Shown in pieces: positions 10,592 to 20,161 of a DNA stretch of 61,393 nucleotides (position 1 is its first letter; every line of letters begins with the position of its first letter). This DNA comes from a virus (taxonomy: Duplodnaviria > Caudoviricetes): IMG/VR virus record IMGVR_UViG_3300044846_002156, positions 1 to 61,393 of that record; one strand, 5' to 3'. The position numbers were made by a program, and so were the translations under genes. The notes beneath the pieces were generated by a model, which saw nothing but the letters and a program-made list of their open reading frames with translations, was not told where the DNA came from and searched no databases.

Positions 10592-11218
10592 ATGAAAAAA
10601 GAATTAATTGGAAGAACAGTAAAGGGATTTTCCTTTAAAGATGGAAAGTATCATGGTTTAGGATATGGTAAACACATGAATAATTATATTGGTAAGGTTG
10701 GAGTAATTAAAGGGTATTTTAAATATACTAATTCTTATTTAGTACAATTTGAAACATTTTGTTCTTTTTATTACCCTGCCAAACTTATAGAACAATATAT
10801 AATTACAGAAGAACAATTTAAAACAACAGCAAAGAAAATAAGACGCTTCCCTAGTGGAGCAGTAAGAGGAGATAATACAGGTAGACCAAAGCCACATTGG
10901 GTAAGCCCATACGGAGTAGAAGAAATCTCTATGGTATTAGTAGATAATGAGAATGACTTTGGAGCTATGAATTATACATTAGGTATGCCAGAAGAAGTTT
11001 GTTTGGAGAGCTTATGTCGCCACGTTGAAGAATGCAAGGAGTACTGGTTCTTATACCAAAACACGAAAGATGATAGTTTCTACCAAAAGTTTAGGCTGTC
11101 TATGCGCTCTGCTGGGTTTAACACTATATCTGCTCTCCATACTATTGTATTGAAAGAGAGAGGTTACTACAAAGAGATACACAATCAAACAGAATTAGTA
11201 GATGTCAAAACTAACTAA
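10592..11218 (+). CDS. dATP/dGTP diphosphohydrolase-like (DUF5664) domain fused to a small N-terminal domain
   Basis: RRFPSGAVRGD..GRP, NY.LGMP, SL.RH motifs. Confidence 0.6.
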   Translation: MKKELIGRTVKGFSFKDGKYHGLGYGKHMNNYIGKVGVIKGYFKYTNSYLVQFETFCSFYYPAKLIEQYIITEEQFKTTAKKIRRFPSGAVRGDNTGRPKPHWVSPYGVEEISMVLVDNENDFGAMNYTLGMPEEVCLESLCRHVEECKEYWFLYQNTKDDSFYQKFRLSMRSAGFNTISALHTIVLKERGYYKEIHNQTELVDVKTN

Positions 11219-11576
11219 AATGCAAGTGGAATTATTAAAGAAGTTTATAGATAGGTTTGAGCTTGATATAGTTTATGAGGGTGAGCATATAACCTTTGAT
11301 AATGCTGTTAGGATATTAGAGGGTGAGCGACCAACAAACAAAACTATTGAGCAAAGGAAAGAGGTCTTTATATCTACCATAAGACCTTACAAAGGTAAGT
11401 ATTCATCTGATATGCTCAACAAGTTTTACAGATATTGGACAGCAACAGACGGACACAAGATGAAGTTTGAGAAACAGAAAACTTGGGAGATAGAGTTAAG
11501 GCTAGGTAACTGGAAAAGAAACGAAGAAGAATTTGAAAGACAAAAGTATATTAACAATTTAAAAAACAGAATATAA
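11202..11576 (+). CDS. Replication initiator C-terminal-like protein of Bacteroidota phages
   Basis: FYRYWT...KMKFEKQKTWEI..RL..W motif. Confidence 0.55.
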   Translation: MSKLTKMQVELLKKFIDRFELDIVYEGEHITFDNAVRILEGERPTNKTIEQRKEVFISTIRPYKGKYSSDMLNKFYRYWTATDGHKMKFEKQKTWEIELRLGNWKRNEEEFERQKYINNLKNRI

Positions 11577-11591
11577 AAACAAAAACAAAAA

Positions 11592-12719
11592 ATGAAAAAC
11601 AGAATTTTAACAATCACAGCAACAATTTTAACAGTATTAACATTTAACGCAACAGCACAGACAACAGTAGGAACAGTAGGACAGAACTACACTATTATTG
11701 GGGCTACCACTAACATCAACACATCAAATGTAAACATCAACACAGCTGGCGGTACAGTAGGTATTAAAGCTAACACTACAACAATACAAGGCGGAAACCT
11801 TAATGTAACTGGTAATGCTACCAACATTAGTACATCTTACACTAACATCTCTGGTTACAACACAACAATCAACAGTACTTACACTACACTAGGTTCAGCT
11901 CAAACATTTATTACAGGAACAAAGGTTGAGTTGGGTTCTTCTGCTGTTGGTGCTGTAACTAATATTAAAAGCCAAGCTAACTTCTTGAATGGTGCTACTA
12001 TGAATGGCACTAAATTAACTGGTATTAGAGCTGATTATTCAGATGGCAATAGCGCTGTAAATGTTAATCAACTATTTGCTGTAAGAGATAATTTAAGAGC
12101 GGAAGCTAATGCTAATAAAACGCAATTAACAGCAGATATTGCTACGGCTAAAACAGAAGCTATTGAATCAGCGAACATTTACACAGATGGTAAATTTAAT
12201 GATTTGAGTGAATCACTTATAAGCGAAGCATCTCGTTTAGATAGCAGAATAGATGCTACAAATACTAATGTTACTAACTTGACTAATACAGTTGCTAATA
12301 ATAAAGCAGAAGCTAAGACATACACAGATGCAGAAACAACAAGAGCTATGTTGGCAGAGAAGAAACTTAGAGAGGATATTAGTTTCTATAATGACAGAGC
12401 AATGAAAGCAGAGGAGCAATTAAGAACAGACCTAAGAACAGAAACGGAAAGAGCATTAAAGGCAGAGCAAGACTTGAGTTATGAGATTAGCGGTGTTGGT
12501 GCAACAGTTATGGCTTTAGGTGCTTTGCAATCATCAACCCTTTACAACCCAGAGAAGAAAGGAAATATGTCTTTTGGTGTTGGAACTTATAAGAAGTCTG
12601 TTGCTTATGCTGTTGGTATGTCTTATTACACTACACCTAACACTAAGGTAAGCTTAAATATAGCTGGTGGTAACAATACTAAAATGGGTGGTGGTGTAGG
12701 AGTTTCATTTGGATTTTAA
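11592..12719 (+). CDS. Trimeric autotransporter adhesin (YadA-like)
   Basis: Signal peptide (…ATA/Q), beta-repeat head, neck AVNVNQL, coiled-coil stalk with YTD motifs, four-strand anchor SFGVGTY..AYAVG..GGGVGVSFGF ending in Phe. Confidence 0.85.
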   Translation: MKNRILTITATILTVLTFNATAQTTVGTVGQNYTIIGATTNINTSNVNINTAGGTVGIKANTTTIQGGNLNVTGNATNISTSYTNISGYNTTINSTYTTLGSAQTFITGTKVELGSSAVGAVTNIKSQANFLNGATMNGTKLTGIRADYSDGNSAVNVNQLFAVRDNLRAEANANKTQLTADIATAKTEAIESANIYTDGKFNDLSESLISEASRLDSRIDATNTNVTNLTNTVANNKAEAKTYTDAETTRAMLAEKKLREDISFYNDRAMKAEEQLRTDLRTETERALKAEQDLSYEISGVGATVMALGALQSSTLYNPEKKGNMSFGVGTYKKSVAYAVGMSYYTTPNTKVSLNIAGGNNTKMGGGVGVSFGF

Positions 12720-12730
12720 ACTATATAAAT

Positions 12731-13123
12731 ATGGAAGAATGTAAAGAATGCCAAGGCACAGGAGTAGTAGCTTACTCTTGTTGCGGAGATGTTATCTATG
12801 ATGACACAGAGCTATGTCCAACTTGCAATGATTATGTGGGTTATGAAGAAGAAGAATGTGAATGTGGTATAACAAATAAGATTATGGAAATTACAAATAA
12901 CAAAAAAGATTTTACTATTAGTAAAAAGAATGAATACTTAATAGATTTAATATCTAAGAAAAATTACGGAGGACACTTTACTATATTTTCTTTTACTAAA
13001 GGTTATTCATTTGGTTTTGGTACTGTAACAGAAAGAGAAGATATAGCAGAATTAGATACTTATGATGATATAAATGACGCTATTGAAAATGAAATACAAA
13101 CGTATTTAATTAGAAACAAATAA
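12731..13123 (+). CDS. Cys-rich zinc-finger peptide fused in frame to a second small ORF (probable internal start 12884)
   Basis: CxxC, CC, CxxC, CxC, then an internal start site identical to that of the next gene. Confidence 0.55.
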   Translation: MEECKECQGTGVVAYSCCGDVIYDDTELCPTCNDYVGYEEEECECGITNKIMEITNNKKDFTISKKNEYLIDLISKKNYGGHFTIFSFTKGYSFGFGTVTEREDIAELDTYDDINDAIENEIQTYLIRNK

Positions 13124-13127
13124 GATT

Positions 13128-13433
13128 ATGGAAAAAAAAGTAAAAGACTACACCGTTACACTATACACAGATAATGTTGAATTATCTATTTTTGTAGATA
13201 AAAATTTAAAAAAAAATAGTGAAAGTTTATCACATCCTTTCGGTCATATATGCGATTGTGTTAATTTAGATAGTAAGTTTGACTTTGAAAACTTAGAGTA
13301 CTTCTTAGATTATACAAAGGAAAAACAAAGAGAAACTAAGCACGAGTTGATAGAGAAAAAAGCGTGGCAATATGGAATGAACAAAGAAATAAAAGCTTTA
13401 ATTAAAGAAGCTAAACGTTTAAAATTAATGTAA
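13128..13433 (+). CDS. Hypothetical protein
   Basis: Operon-coupled ORF. Confidence 0.6.
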   Translation: MEKKVKDYTVTLYTDNVELSIFVDKNLKKNSESLSHPFGHICDCVNLDSKFDFENLEYFLDYTKEKQRETKHELIEKKAWQYGMNKEIKALIKEAKRLKLM

Positions 13434-13436
13434 TCA

Positions 13437-14480
13437 ATGAAGAAATATTTTAAAGCTAATGAATTTAAGGATGAAGTTTTAGCATCTCAAAACGAAGTAT
13501 TTTCAAAAGGTTGGAGTTGCGGTTGGGATTGTGGTGATAGTTTTATTAGTTTTAAAAGAGGTTATACATCTTATATCTACTCGCACCCAGCGCAAGGAAA
13601 GACACTTATTGTTAATGAGATGTTGATGCACCTTGCTAAGAACTTAGGGCTTAACGTATGTATTTATTCACCTGAAACAGGCAGTAAGAAAGATATAGTT
13701 TGGAACTTGATACAGGTTTACTCTGGTAAGAAGATGTATGGTAGGGGAGCTTATAAGATAACTACCAAAGAAATAGAAACAGCCTTAGACTTCATTAATA
13801 AGCACTTTGTTATACTAGAACACAGTCCGTTTAATAAGGATGGTCTGTCAAGGTTTACTGTTAAAGACATATTTAATCAAGTACATTTAGCACAAATAGA
13901 ATATAAGACTTCTGTTGATGTGTTATGTATAGACCCCTTTAACTTATTAGATAGGGAGATTGAAGATGATAGAAAGCAGATACAAGACTATGTATTGAGT
14001 ACACTAAGTTTTATAAATGCAGCATCTAAGAAAATGAACTTACACACTATATTGGTTGCTCACCTTGCAGGAGATGAATTGATTGTAGATAAGGACACAG
14101 GCATAGAGTACAGCCCTAAACCACACCCAAGTAAGTTAGCTGGCGGTCAGAGTTTCTGGAGAGCAGGCTATCAAATGATTGGTATATGGCGACCACCATA
14201 CGGAGTTGTTAATAAGAAAACAGGACACACCTATCCAGAGAATGCAACGTGGGTTTTCTGCCAAAAAACAAAGCCAATAGGTACTGGCATGGTTGGTTAC
14301 TTTGAGTTGTTTTACGATGTAGATACGCACACCTTATATGAGCAGTATGGCAGTAAAAGATTTAGATGTGGAGATATGAGAAGTGATTTCAATAAGAGTA
14401 TGGCTTACAAAGAACCAGAGCAGTTGAAACATTTTGCAGATATATCTATAAAATCTTATGACGAAGAAGCACCTTTTTAG
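13437..14480 (+). CDS. DnaB/T7 gp4-like SF4 replicative helicase
   Basis: Walker A HPAQGKT, YSPE, Walker B IDPFN, LVAH, acidic EEAPF tail. Confidence 0.85.
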   Translation: MKKYFKANEFKDEVLASQNEVFSKGWSCGWDCGDSFISFKRGYTSYIYSHPAQGKTLIVNEMLMHLAKNLGLNVCIYSPETGSKKDIVWNLIQVYSGKKMYGRGAYKITTKEIETALDFINKHFVILEHSPFNKDGLSRFTVKDIFNQVHLAQIEYKTSVDVLCIDPFNLLDREIEDDRKQIQDYVLSTLSFINAASKKMNLHTILVAHLAGDELIVDKDTGIEYSPKPHPSKLAGGQSFWRAGYQMIGIWRPPYGVVNKKTGHTYPENATWVFCQKTKPIGTGMVGYFELFYDVDTHTLYEQYGSKRFRCGDMRSDFNKSMAYKEPEQLKHFADISIKSYDEEAPF

Positions 14481-14482
14481 TT

Positions 14483-14659
14483 ATGGTAAAATACGGAAAC
14501 TCACTCATTTTGTGGAATAGGTTATACACACTAGGGGTAATGAAGAACAAAACAGACAAAGAAATAAAGGAGTTTACCTTATTGATTAGAAGGTTAATTC
14601 CAGAGGGTTTAGAAGGATTTAAACTTATAGATAACATAAATTATGATAGAGAAAATTAA
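14483..14659 (+). CDS. Small hypothetical protein (58 aa, not in ORF track)
   Basis: ATG 2 nt after helicase stop; fills the gap to the next gene. Confidence 0.45.
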   Translation: MVKYGNSLILWNRLYTLGVMKNKTDKEIKEFTLLIRRLIPEGLEGFKLIDNINYDREN

Positions 14660-15683
14660 ATGGAGTAACAAAGGACACGAGGCGTGGCTTAAACAAAGAA
14701 GGTCTGTTGAAGGTTTTGGTAGCTTAGATACTGTTAGGTTTGGAGCTTCTGATGTAGGTACTATATTAGGTGTAAACAAATGGAAGTGTAAAAAAAGGTT
14801 GTTTGAGCACGTTATAGGCAGACACTCTACGGAATGGAGAACAGAAAGTAGTGTTGCTGGGCATTTGTTAGAGCCAGTTGTATCTAGTATGTGGGAGAGC
14901 TGGCAACACGACCAAGATGTATTCCTTGCTAATGTAGAGCAAGACATTAAGCTACGCAAGACTAAAAAAGCTAATTTTTTTTTATTGAATGATAAATATC
15001 CTAATATGTTTTGTTCTATTGATAGATTGCATAATGGAAAAACTTATTCACCTTTTACAGGTAAATTATATGAAGAATTAACGCCTATTGAATTGAAAAC
15101 CACTCAATCCGCATATTACAAATTATGGAATAACGGATTAACTGAGTCTTATCGTGCTCAACTACAATCACAAATGATGTTGTCAGAAACTAAAGTTGCA
15201 GTATTTGCTGTGCTTATTAGTGGTGTTCAATTTAAGGTTATAGAAGTAGAGTATGATAGTTTGCTTGCGGAGAGTATAGCTTATGAGGTTGATAAGTTTG
15301 CTCACCTATGTATAGCAGGAAAACAGTTAGTAGATTTAATCAACTTATCACAGACAGAAAGCGAGAGAGAGCAATACTTAGGAATGCTAGAAGATATAAG
15401 CCCAGAAGTATCAGCCTTAGAAGATGAGCAAGCATTATACAGAGAACTTAACCCTAACTCTAACGGCTCAATATTAGGTGATGAGAGCGACTTTCAGTTC
15501 TTATTAGACTATAACAACGCACACGAAATGATAAAGCAACACGAGGAGTTAAAACAGCTTGCTAAGAACAATATACTAAACATTATGGGTGATGCAGAGG
15601 TTTTAGATTTTGATGGTGGAAAGGTTATTTTTAGAAAAGCAGATGGTAAGAGAGATTTCTTTAGTGTTAAGCTATACAAATAA
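14643..15683 (+). CDS. YqaJ/lambda-exonuclease-like recombination nuclease
   Basis: WL..RR, GASD.G.I.G, G..LE, SID, ELKT, Y..Q.Q.QM. Confidence 0.88.
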   Translation: MIEKIKWSNKGHEAWLKQRRSVEGFGSLDTVRFGASDVGTILGVNKWKCKKRLFEHVIGRHSTEWRTESSVAGHLLEPVVSSMWESWQHDQDVFLANVEQDIKLRKTKKANFFLLNDKYPNMFCSIDRLHNGKTYSPFTGKLYEELTPIELKTTQSAYYKLWNNGLTESYRAQLQSQMMLSETKVAVFAVLISGVQFKVIEVEYDSLLAESIAYEVDKFAHLCIAGKQLVDLINLSQTESEREQYLGMLEDISPEVSALEDEQALYRELNPNSNGSILGDESDFQFLLDYNNAHEMIKQHEELKQLAKNNILNIMGDAEVLDFDGGKVIFRKADGKRDFFSVKLYK

Positions 15684-15753
15684 ATTATTTTAAAATAAAT
15701 TTGCATATATGTTTATAAAGCATTACATTTGTAAACATTAAAATTAAAACAAT

Positions 15754-15939
15754 ATGGAAGATTTAAAATTATTATTAGGTAAACCTCATAAGGAAAACAA
15801 AAATACTGGTGTTCATCGTATATATTATAAGAACAGTCCAATAATTGATGTGTGGTTTAGTGATTTATTTGGTATTAAGACTTCAAAAGAAGCAGCCGTA
15901 TTAGCCAACAAAATATTGCAAACATTAAAAAATAAATAA
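15754..15939 (+). CDS. Hypothetical protein
   Basis: Behind TTTG-N20-TACATTTG promoter. Confidence 0.55.
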   Translation: MEDLKLLLGKPHKENKNTGVHRIYYKNSPIIDVWFSDLFGIKTSKEAAVLANKILQTLKNK

Positions 15940-15943
15940 GATT

Positions 15944-16597
15944 ATGGAACAATTATTAGTTAAAATTCAAAATGAATTAAAAGTACCAAAGGGTAACTTA
16001 AATAAATTTGGTAATTATAAATATCGTTCATCAGAAGATATTTTAGAAGCAGTTAAACCATTACTTTTAAAATATGATTTAGTATTAACATTAAGCGACA
16101 GTATTATGTCTGTTGGTAATAAATATTTTTTATGTGCCGAGGCTGAATTAACAAGCGTAGATAAAGTTAGGGTAGTGCATGGATACGCTGAACTAGGTGA
16201 GCATAAAGGAATGTCATCAGAACAGACAACAGGAACAGCATCAAGTTATGCTCGTAAATATGCTCTAAATGGTCTGTTTTTAATTGATGAAACAGAATCA
16301 GATGCAGATAGTCAAAAACCACAAACAACATCTGCTCAACCTGTAAATAAAGTAACACCAACTGCTATCCAACCTAGTAAATCATTTGACAAACCAGATG
16401 AAAGGAAAACAAAGGCTTTAGAAACATTAAAGAAGCATAAGAGCCTATCTACTGTAAAAGATTTAATAGCTCAACAGAAAGCATTTAAAGACACACCAGA
16501 GGGTAAAGACTTCCAGAGTAGTGCAACAGTAGAGGATGTAGTTAAGAATAACACTATTGATTTAGTATTGAGTTTTTATAAGTTTGTAAGTAAGTAA
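15944..16597 (+). CDS. ERF-family ssDNA annealing protein
   Basis: N.FG.YKYRS.EDILEAVKPLL; QTTG.ASSYARKYALNGLF.ID. Confidence 0.92.
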   Translation: MEQLLVKIQNELKVPKGNLNKFGNYKYRSSEDILEAVKPLLLKYDLVLTLSDSIMSVGNKYFLCAEAELTSVDKVRVVHGYAELGEHKGMSSEQTTGTASSYARKYALNGLFLIDETESDADSQKPQTTSAQPVNKVTPTAIQPSKSFDKPDERKTKALETLKKHKSLSTVKDLIAQQKAFKDTPEGKDFQSSATVEDVVKNNTIDLVLSFYKFVSK

Positions 16598-16598
16598 T

Positions 16599-17240
16599 AT
16601 GAGATACACTAAAGATAAGTTTACGGAAGAAGAAATTAAAGATATAATTAACGTAGCAGAAAAAGTCTGTTTGTTTTTAGGGGTGGAGATAGATGATTTG
16701 CTCTCCTCCTCTAGGAAAGCAGAAATAGTAAAGGCTAGAGTAATGATAGTTCATTACCAATTTCACAACATATTAGTTAGAAATTATAAGTTTAGAAAAA
16801 GTTATTCTTTAGCTTGTTGGTACTTAGGTAAAGACCATACTACTGGACTACACTCACTAGAAACTTGCGAAGATGAATATAGATTTAACAAGCAATTCAG
16901 ACATCATTACGAGTTGATTTCATTCTTTATACAAAACCCAGAGCAAGTAATGGGTAAGTCTGACCCAGATAAAAGGTGGGATAACATTAAGAAAGATACC
17001 TCTGTAAGCAACAAAGATAAATACTCGCAGATGCCACAGGATGTACACGAGGTGATAGAAAAGTATTTAGAGAAAAGATACAGCTATGGTTATATAGCAG
17101 ATAAGGTAGGTGTTAATGATTCCTTTATTGACCACTTTGTTATGGTTAATTCTATTAAGAAAGATGCTTCAAGGTCTTACGGACAGCAAGTAAGGGTTAG
17201 TAGTATAGGTACACAGCCTACGTTTATAGCAGGTAAATAG
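16599..17240 (+). CDS. DnaA C-terminal (domain IV)-like HTH protein with a second HTH
   Basis: S.SRK.EIV.AR and GKDHTT.LHS motifs. Confidence 0.7.
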   Translation: MRYTKDKFTEEEIKDIINVAEKVCLFLGVEIDDLLSSSRKAEIVKARVMIVHYQFHNILVRNYKFRKSYSLACWYLGKDHTTGLHSLETCEDEYRFNKQFRHHYELISFFIQNPEQVMGKSDPDKRWDNIKKDTSVSNKDKYSQMPQDVHEVIEKYLEKRYSYGYIADKVGVNDSFIDHFVMVNSIKKDASRSYGQQVRVSSIGTQPTFIAGK

Positions 17241-17251
17241 TTGATTGCAGT

Positions 17252-17282
17252 AAAAGAGCCTATTAAGTTAGGCTTTTTTTTT
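17252..17282. terminator. Bidirectional intrinsic terminator
   Basis: A-run, GAGCCTA/TAGGCTT stem, T9. Confidence 0.75.
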
Positions 17283-17636
17283 GTCTGTTTTGAACTTATC
17301 AAACAACAGCCTATTTGTATTAATACTAATGATTGTATTTAGATTATTCTGTATGTAACTACCCCCCCCCTATCAATTAATATTTTGATTGTGCCACAAA
17401 AATACAATAGGGGGAAAGCAAATTGATAAAGCTAACGATTGAAACGTTATATTGTATATCCTTATAGTGGCGTTTACCTGAACCAACTAGAGTTTACTAG
17501 AAGTTTAGATACTTTAAGAAAAAGTAACCGCCCCCTATGTGAAGAGTGCAAACCATAAACATAAGTAAGGTGGGGGTTGAAGTTACTTTATAATATTTTA
17601 ACTTACTTACTAATGTTATTGAAATGATTTGCAATA
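17283..17636 (-). ncRNA. Putative attenuated structured ncRNA element A
   Basis: TACCTTTG promoter at 17644..17637, antiterminator/terminator leader, no ORF, hairpin ending in G9. Confidence 0.45.
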
Positions 17637-17723
17637 CAAAGGTAAGTAAAAATACAATGCGTTTTTTAAGTTCTGCAAATATATATAAAAATATTGACTT
17701 TATTATATTAAATTTGTTACTAT

Positions 17724-18152
17724 ATGATACAACCTAAACTAAAGACTTGCTCAACTTGTAAACAACAGACAATACTATGGAAAGCAAACCCACCCAGCTG
17801 TAAAACTTGTTGGCTTAAAATAAAGGCTTCTAACGAAGTTTCTAATGACAAACCATACAATATATCCAAAACAACTAAAAGTTCCGCAAAACGCATTAAA
17901 AGTGTATCAGATAAGATGCTAGGAAAACTAAAGGAGTATAGGATGTTAAGGGATGCTTATATGAGTGGTAATCCTATTTGTGAAGTTAGTGGTTGTGGTA
18001 GGGTTGCTAATGACTTGCATCACCGAAAGCCGAGAGCGCATCATTTGTGCGATGTAAGTATTTTTATGGCTGTTTGTCGTGGCTGTCATACTAAAATTGA
18101 GAGTGATGATATTTGGGCGAGGAGCAAAGGATATAAGTTAAACCACTTATAA
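17724..18152 (+). CDS. HNH-type nuclease with N-terminal zinc finger
   Basis: CxxC pairs, CE..GC, HH, C..CH. Confidence 0.75.
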   Translation: MIQPKLKTCSTCKQQTILWKANPPSCKTCWLKIKASNEVSNDKPYNISKTTKSSAKRIKSVSDKMLGKLKEYRMLRDAYMSGNPICEVSGCGRVANDLHHRKPRAHHLCDVSIFMAVCRGCHTKIESDDIWARSKGYKLNHL

Positions 18153-18435
18153 GCCAAAAACCACCACAAACTTAATTGTGATGGCTTACTGGTTAATCAT
18201 ATTTCTTTTTTAAGTAAAACATTATTGTTAAATAAATTACATATACTCCTAGTATTATTGCCATATATTATTTTATCCTCCTAAATTCATAAACAAATTT
18301 GTTTACACCTATTCCTAGTAGAGTTAGAACTATTGCGCTAGATAAGATAGGAGATGATAGTTTTGCTCCCCAGATTATCGTTACCAATAACAACACAGCC
18401 AAAAGAGATATAAGATACATTTCTATTTCTTTCAT

Positions 18436-18666
18436 CTATTTTCTGTTTAAATCGTTAAATAATACTTTAGGCTCTATAATACGCATATCCATATTGGAAA
18501 AGTATTGCTCAATAAATTGGGATGATTGGCACTCACTTATGTTGGCTATATACATTAATACTCTTTTAGCTACTGGTCTTAGCTTTTCTGACTGTACCAT
18601 ATTGGTAAACTTGTTTATTTGTTTAGTGTATGGTAATAATTCTTGATATTCAAATTCGTTAATCAT
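18436..18666 (-). CDS. Hypothetical protein
   Basis: ATGA-coupled in minus-strand cluster. Confidence 0.6.
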   Translation of the reverse strand: MINEFEYQELLPYTKQINKFTNMVQSEKLRPVAKRVLMYIANISECQSSQFIEQYFSNMDMRIIEPKVLFNDLNRK

Positions 18667-18989
18667 ATCTTTTGAATTTTAAATTCGTAATAGTTAGTTT
18701 CTTTTTTGATAAATGGATGTTCTCTACTTTGCACTAGCCAAGAGGATGCTTTCTGACTTGTTATGTTATCAATAACATTTTTGGCTGTTAATAGGTATTG
18801 CTCTCCGTTGTATTTTACTACATCACCTTCGCTCACCTGTGTATTAGCAAACAGACTAATATAAGAGTTTACAAACCATTTATGGAAGTTCGGATAGAGT
18901 TCCACGTTTAATACATTATGTGTTTTCATTTTATAAAATAATCTTTTTGGTTTAAATGCTGTTGAATAAGTTTCATTAATAAGCCACAA
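18663..18989 (-). CDS. Hypothetical protein
   Basis: Minus-strand cluster; start uncertain. Confidence 0.55.
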   Translation of the reverse strand: MWLINETYSTAFKPKRLFYKMKTHNVLNVELYPNFHKWFVNSYISLFANTQVSEGDVVKYNGEQYLLTAKNVIDNITSQKASSWLVQSREHPFIKKETNYYEFKIQKI

Positions 18990-19135
18990 TCTAATAAGAT
19001 TAACACTCCATTAACTATTGCTAATATATGAATTAAATCTTTTAAAAAAAACATTGCAACTGTTATAGCTCCTATAAGCAAAGAAACTATCATAAATGCT
19101 ATTGATGTCTGTTGGTATTCTGTTTTGTTTTTCAT
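18926..19135 (-). CDS. Small two-TM membrane protein
   Basis: Two hydrophobic segments. Confidence 0.6.
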   Translation of the reverse strand: MKNKTEYQQTSIAFMIVSLLIGAITVAMFFLKDLIHILAIVNGVLILLDCGLLMKLIQQHLNQKDYFIK

Positions 19136-19265
19136 TTCATTTCTTATTAAAATTTTTATAATCTTTATGTGTTCTGTACATCCCGAAAAAAATAATGGTA
19201 ATTAGTACTGCTAATTCTTTCATAATATTAATTCTTGTGTTGTCATTTTCATTTTGTTTTTATTT

Positions 19266-19478
19266 TTAAATTTCACAAAGTCTTAAACCTAAATCTGTTT
19301 CTACTAAAATAACGTTTAGTTCGTTTTCTTTACAATACTCTAATTCTTCCAAAGGATAATCCCAAATAGTCCAATCTAAAAAATCTTCTGCGTATTCTTG
19401 CACTTGTTCTAAAGTTGTAGGATATTTTCCTTTGTAACCTACTGCTTTTGCATAATCTTGTAATGATATTGGTTTCAT
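19266..19478 (-). CDS. Small acidic early protein
   Basis: Tightly packed minus-strand ORF. Confidence 0.65.
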   Translation of the reverse strand: MKPISLQDYAKAVGYKGKYPTTLEQVQEYAEDFLDWTIWDYPLEELEYCKENELNVILVETDLGLRLCEI

Positions 19479-19480
19479 AA

Positions 19481-19705
19481 TTAATCTTCTTTTCTTGTTA
19501 AACCCATATATTCTGCTGAATCATCTATTGCCTCAAAAATCTGTTGTTGACTATAATCATTTGTTAATGCACCTTCTAAAACTTCCATAGCTTGTTCATC
19601 TGTACAATTATAGTTCTGTTGTACATCTTCTATGTGCCAAAGATTATCTACAAAATAACCTGCATCTCTTAATACTTGTTTTGCTTTTTCTATTTCTGGA
19701 TTCAT
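19481..19705 (-). CDS. Small acidic early protein
   Basis: LWHIEDVQ..TDEQAMEVL; tightly packed. Confidence 0.7.
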   Translation of the reverse strand: MNPEIEKAKQVLRDAGYFVDNLWHIEDVQQNYNCTDEQAMEVLEGALTNDYSQQQIFEAIDDSAEYMGLTRKED

Positions 19706-19709
19706 AATG

Positions 19710-19904
19710 TTATTTTATTTTAAATTCATTTAAGTTATTACTAAACCTTTTTAAATTATCTATGTTATAACTAAATACACTACTGTCTACATAATCTAAT
19801 TGCTCACATATCTCATAAATTTCGTTTTCTAATTCAGCTTTAATGCTGTTTACTTTTTCTTTTAATGCGTCTATTTGCGCTTGTACTTGTTTTGTTGTTT
19901 TCAT
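19710..19904 (-). CDS. Small coiled-coil early protein
   Basis: AAAACAAAATG start context. Confidence 0.65.
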   Translation of the reverse strand: MKTTKQVQAQIDALKEKVNSIKAELENEIYEICEQLDYVDSSVFSYNIDNLKRFSNNLNEFKIK

Positions 19905-19912
19905 TTTGTTTT

Positions 19913-20161
19913 TTATTTATAATTTGGAAATTGTTTTTTACTGCATTTATCAAAACCATAAAATTCTAAAAATGAATTAATATGTTTTGCTGTTGTCTGA
20001 CTAAACCAACCATAAACAGACATTTCGTTTTCTTTATGGTTATAACTTGCAACCCTTTTGCCGTATGAAATTAAGTCTGAATAGTGGTCGCCATCACTAT
20101 TAATATATTCGTTAACGTGATTATTTGCTGTTTTGTTGATGTAAAATGTTTTGTGTTGCAT
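19913..20161 (-). CDS. Conserved small phage early protein
   Basis: L.SY...VA...S.TT.KHIN.FL pattern typical of phage early genes. Confidence 0.65.
   Translation of the reverse strand: MQHKTFYINKTANNHVNEYINSDGDHYSDLISYGKRVASYNHKENEMSVYGWFSQTTAKHINSFLEFYGFDKCSKKQFPNYK

Noticed and set aside
16599-17240. Full DnaA initiator
   Set aside because: No AAA+ domain; only the C-terminal DNA-binding-like motif
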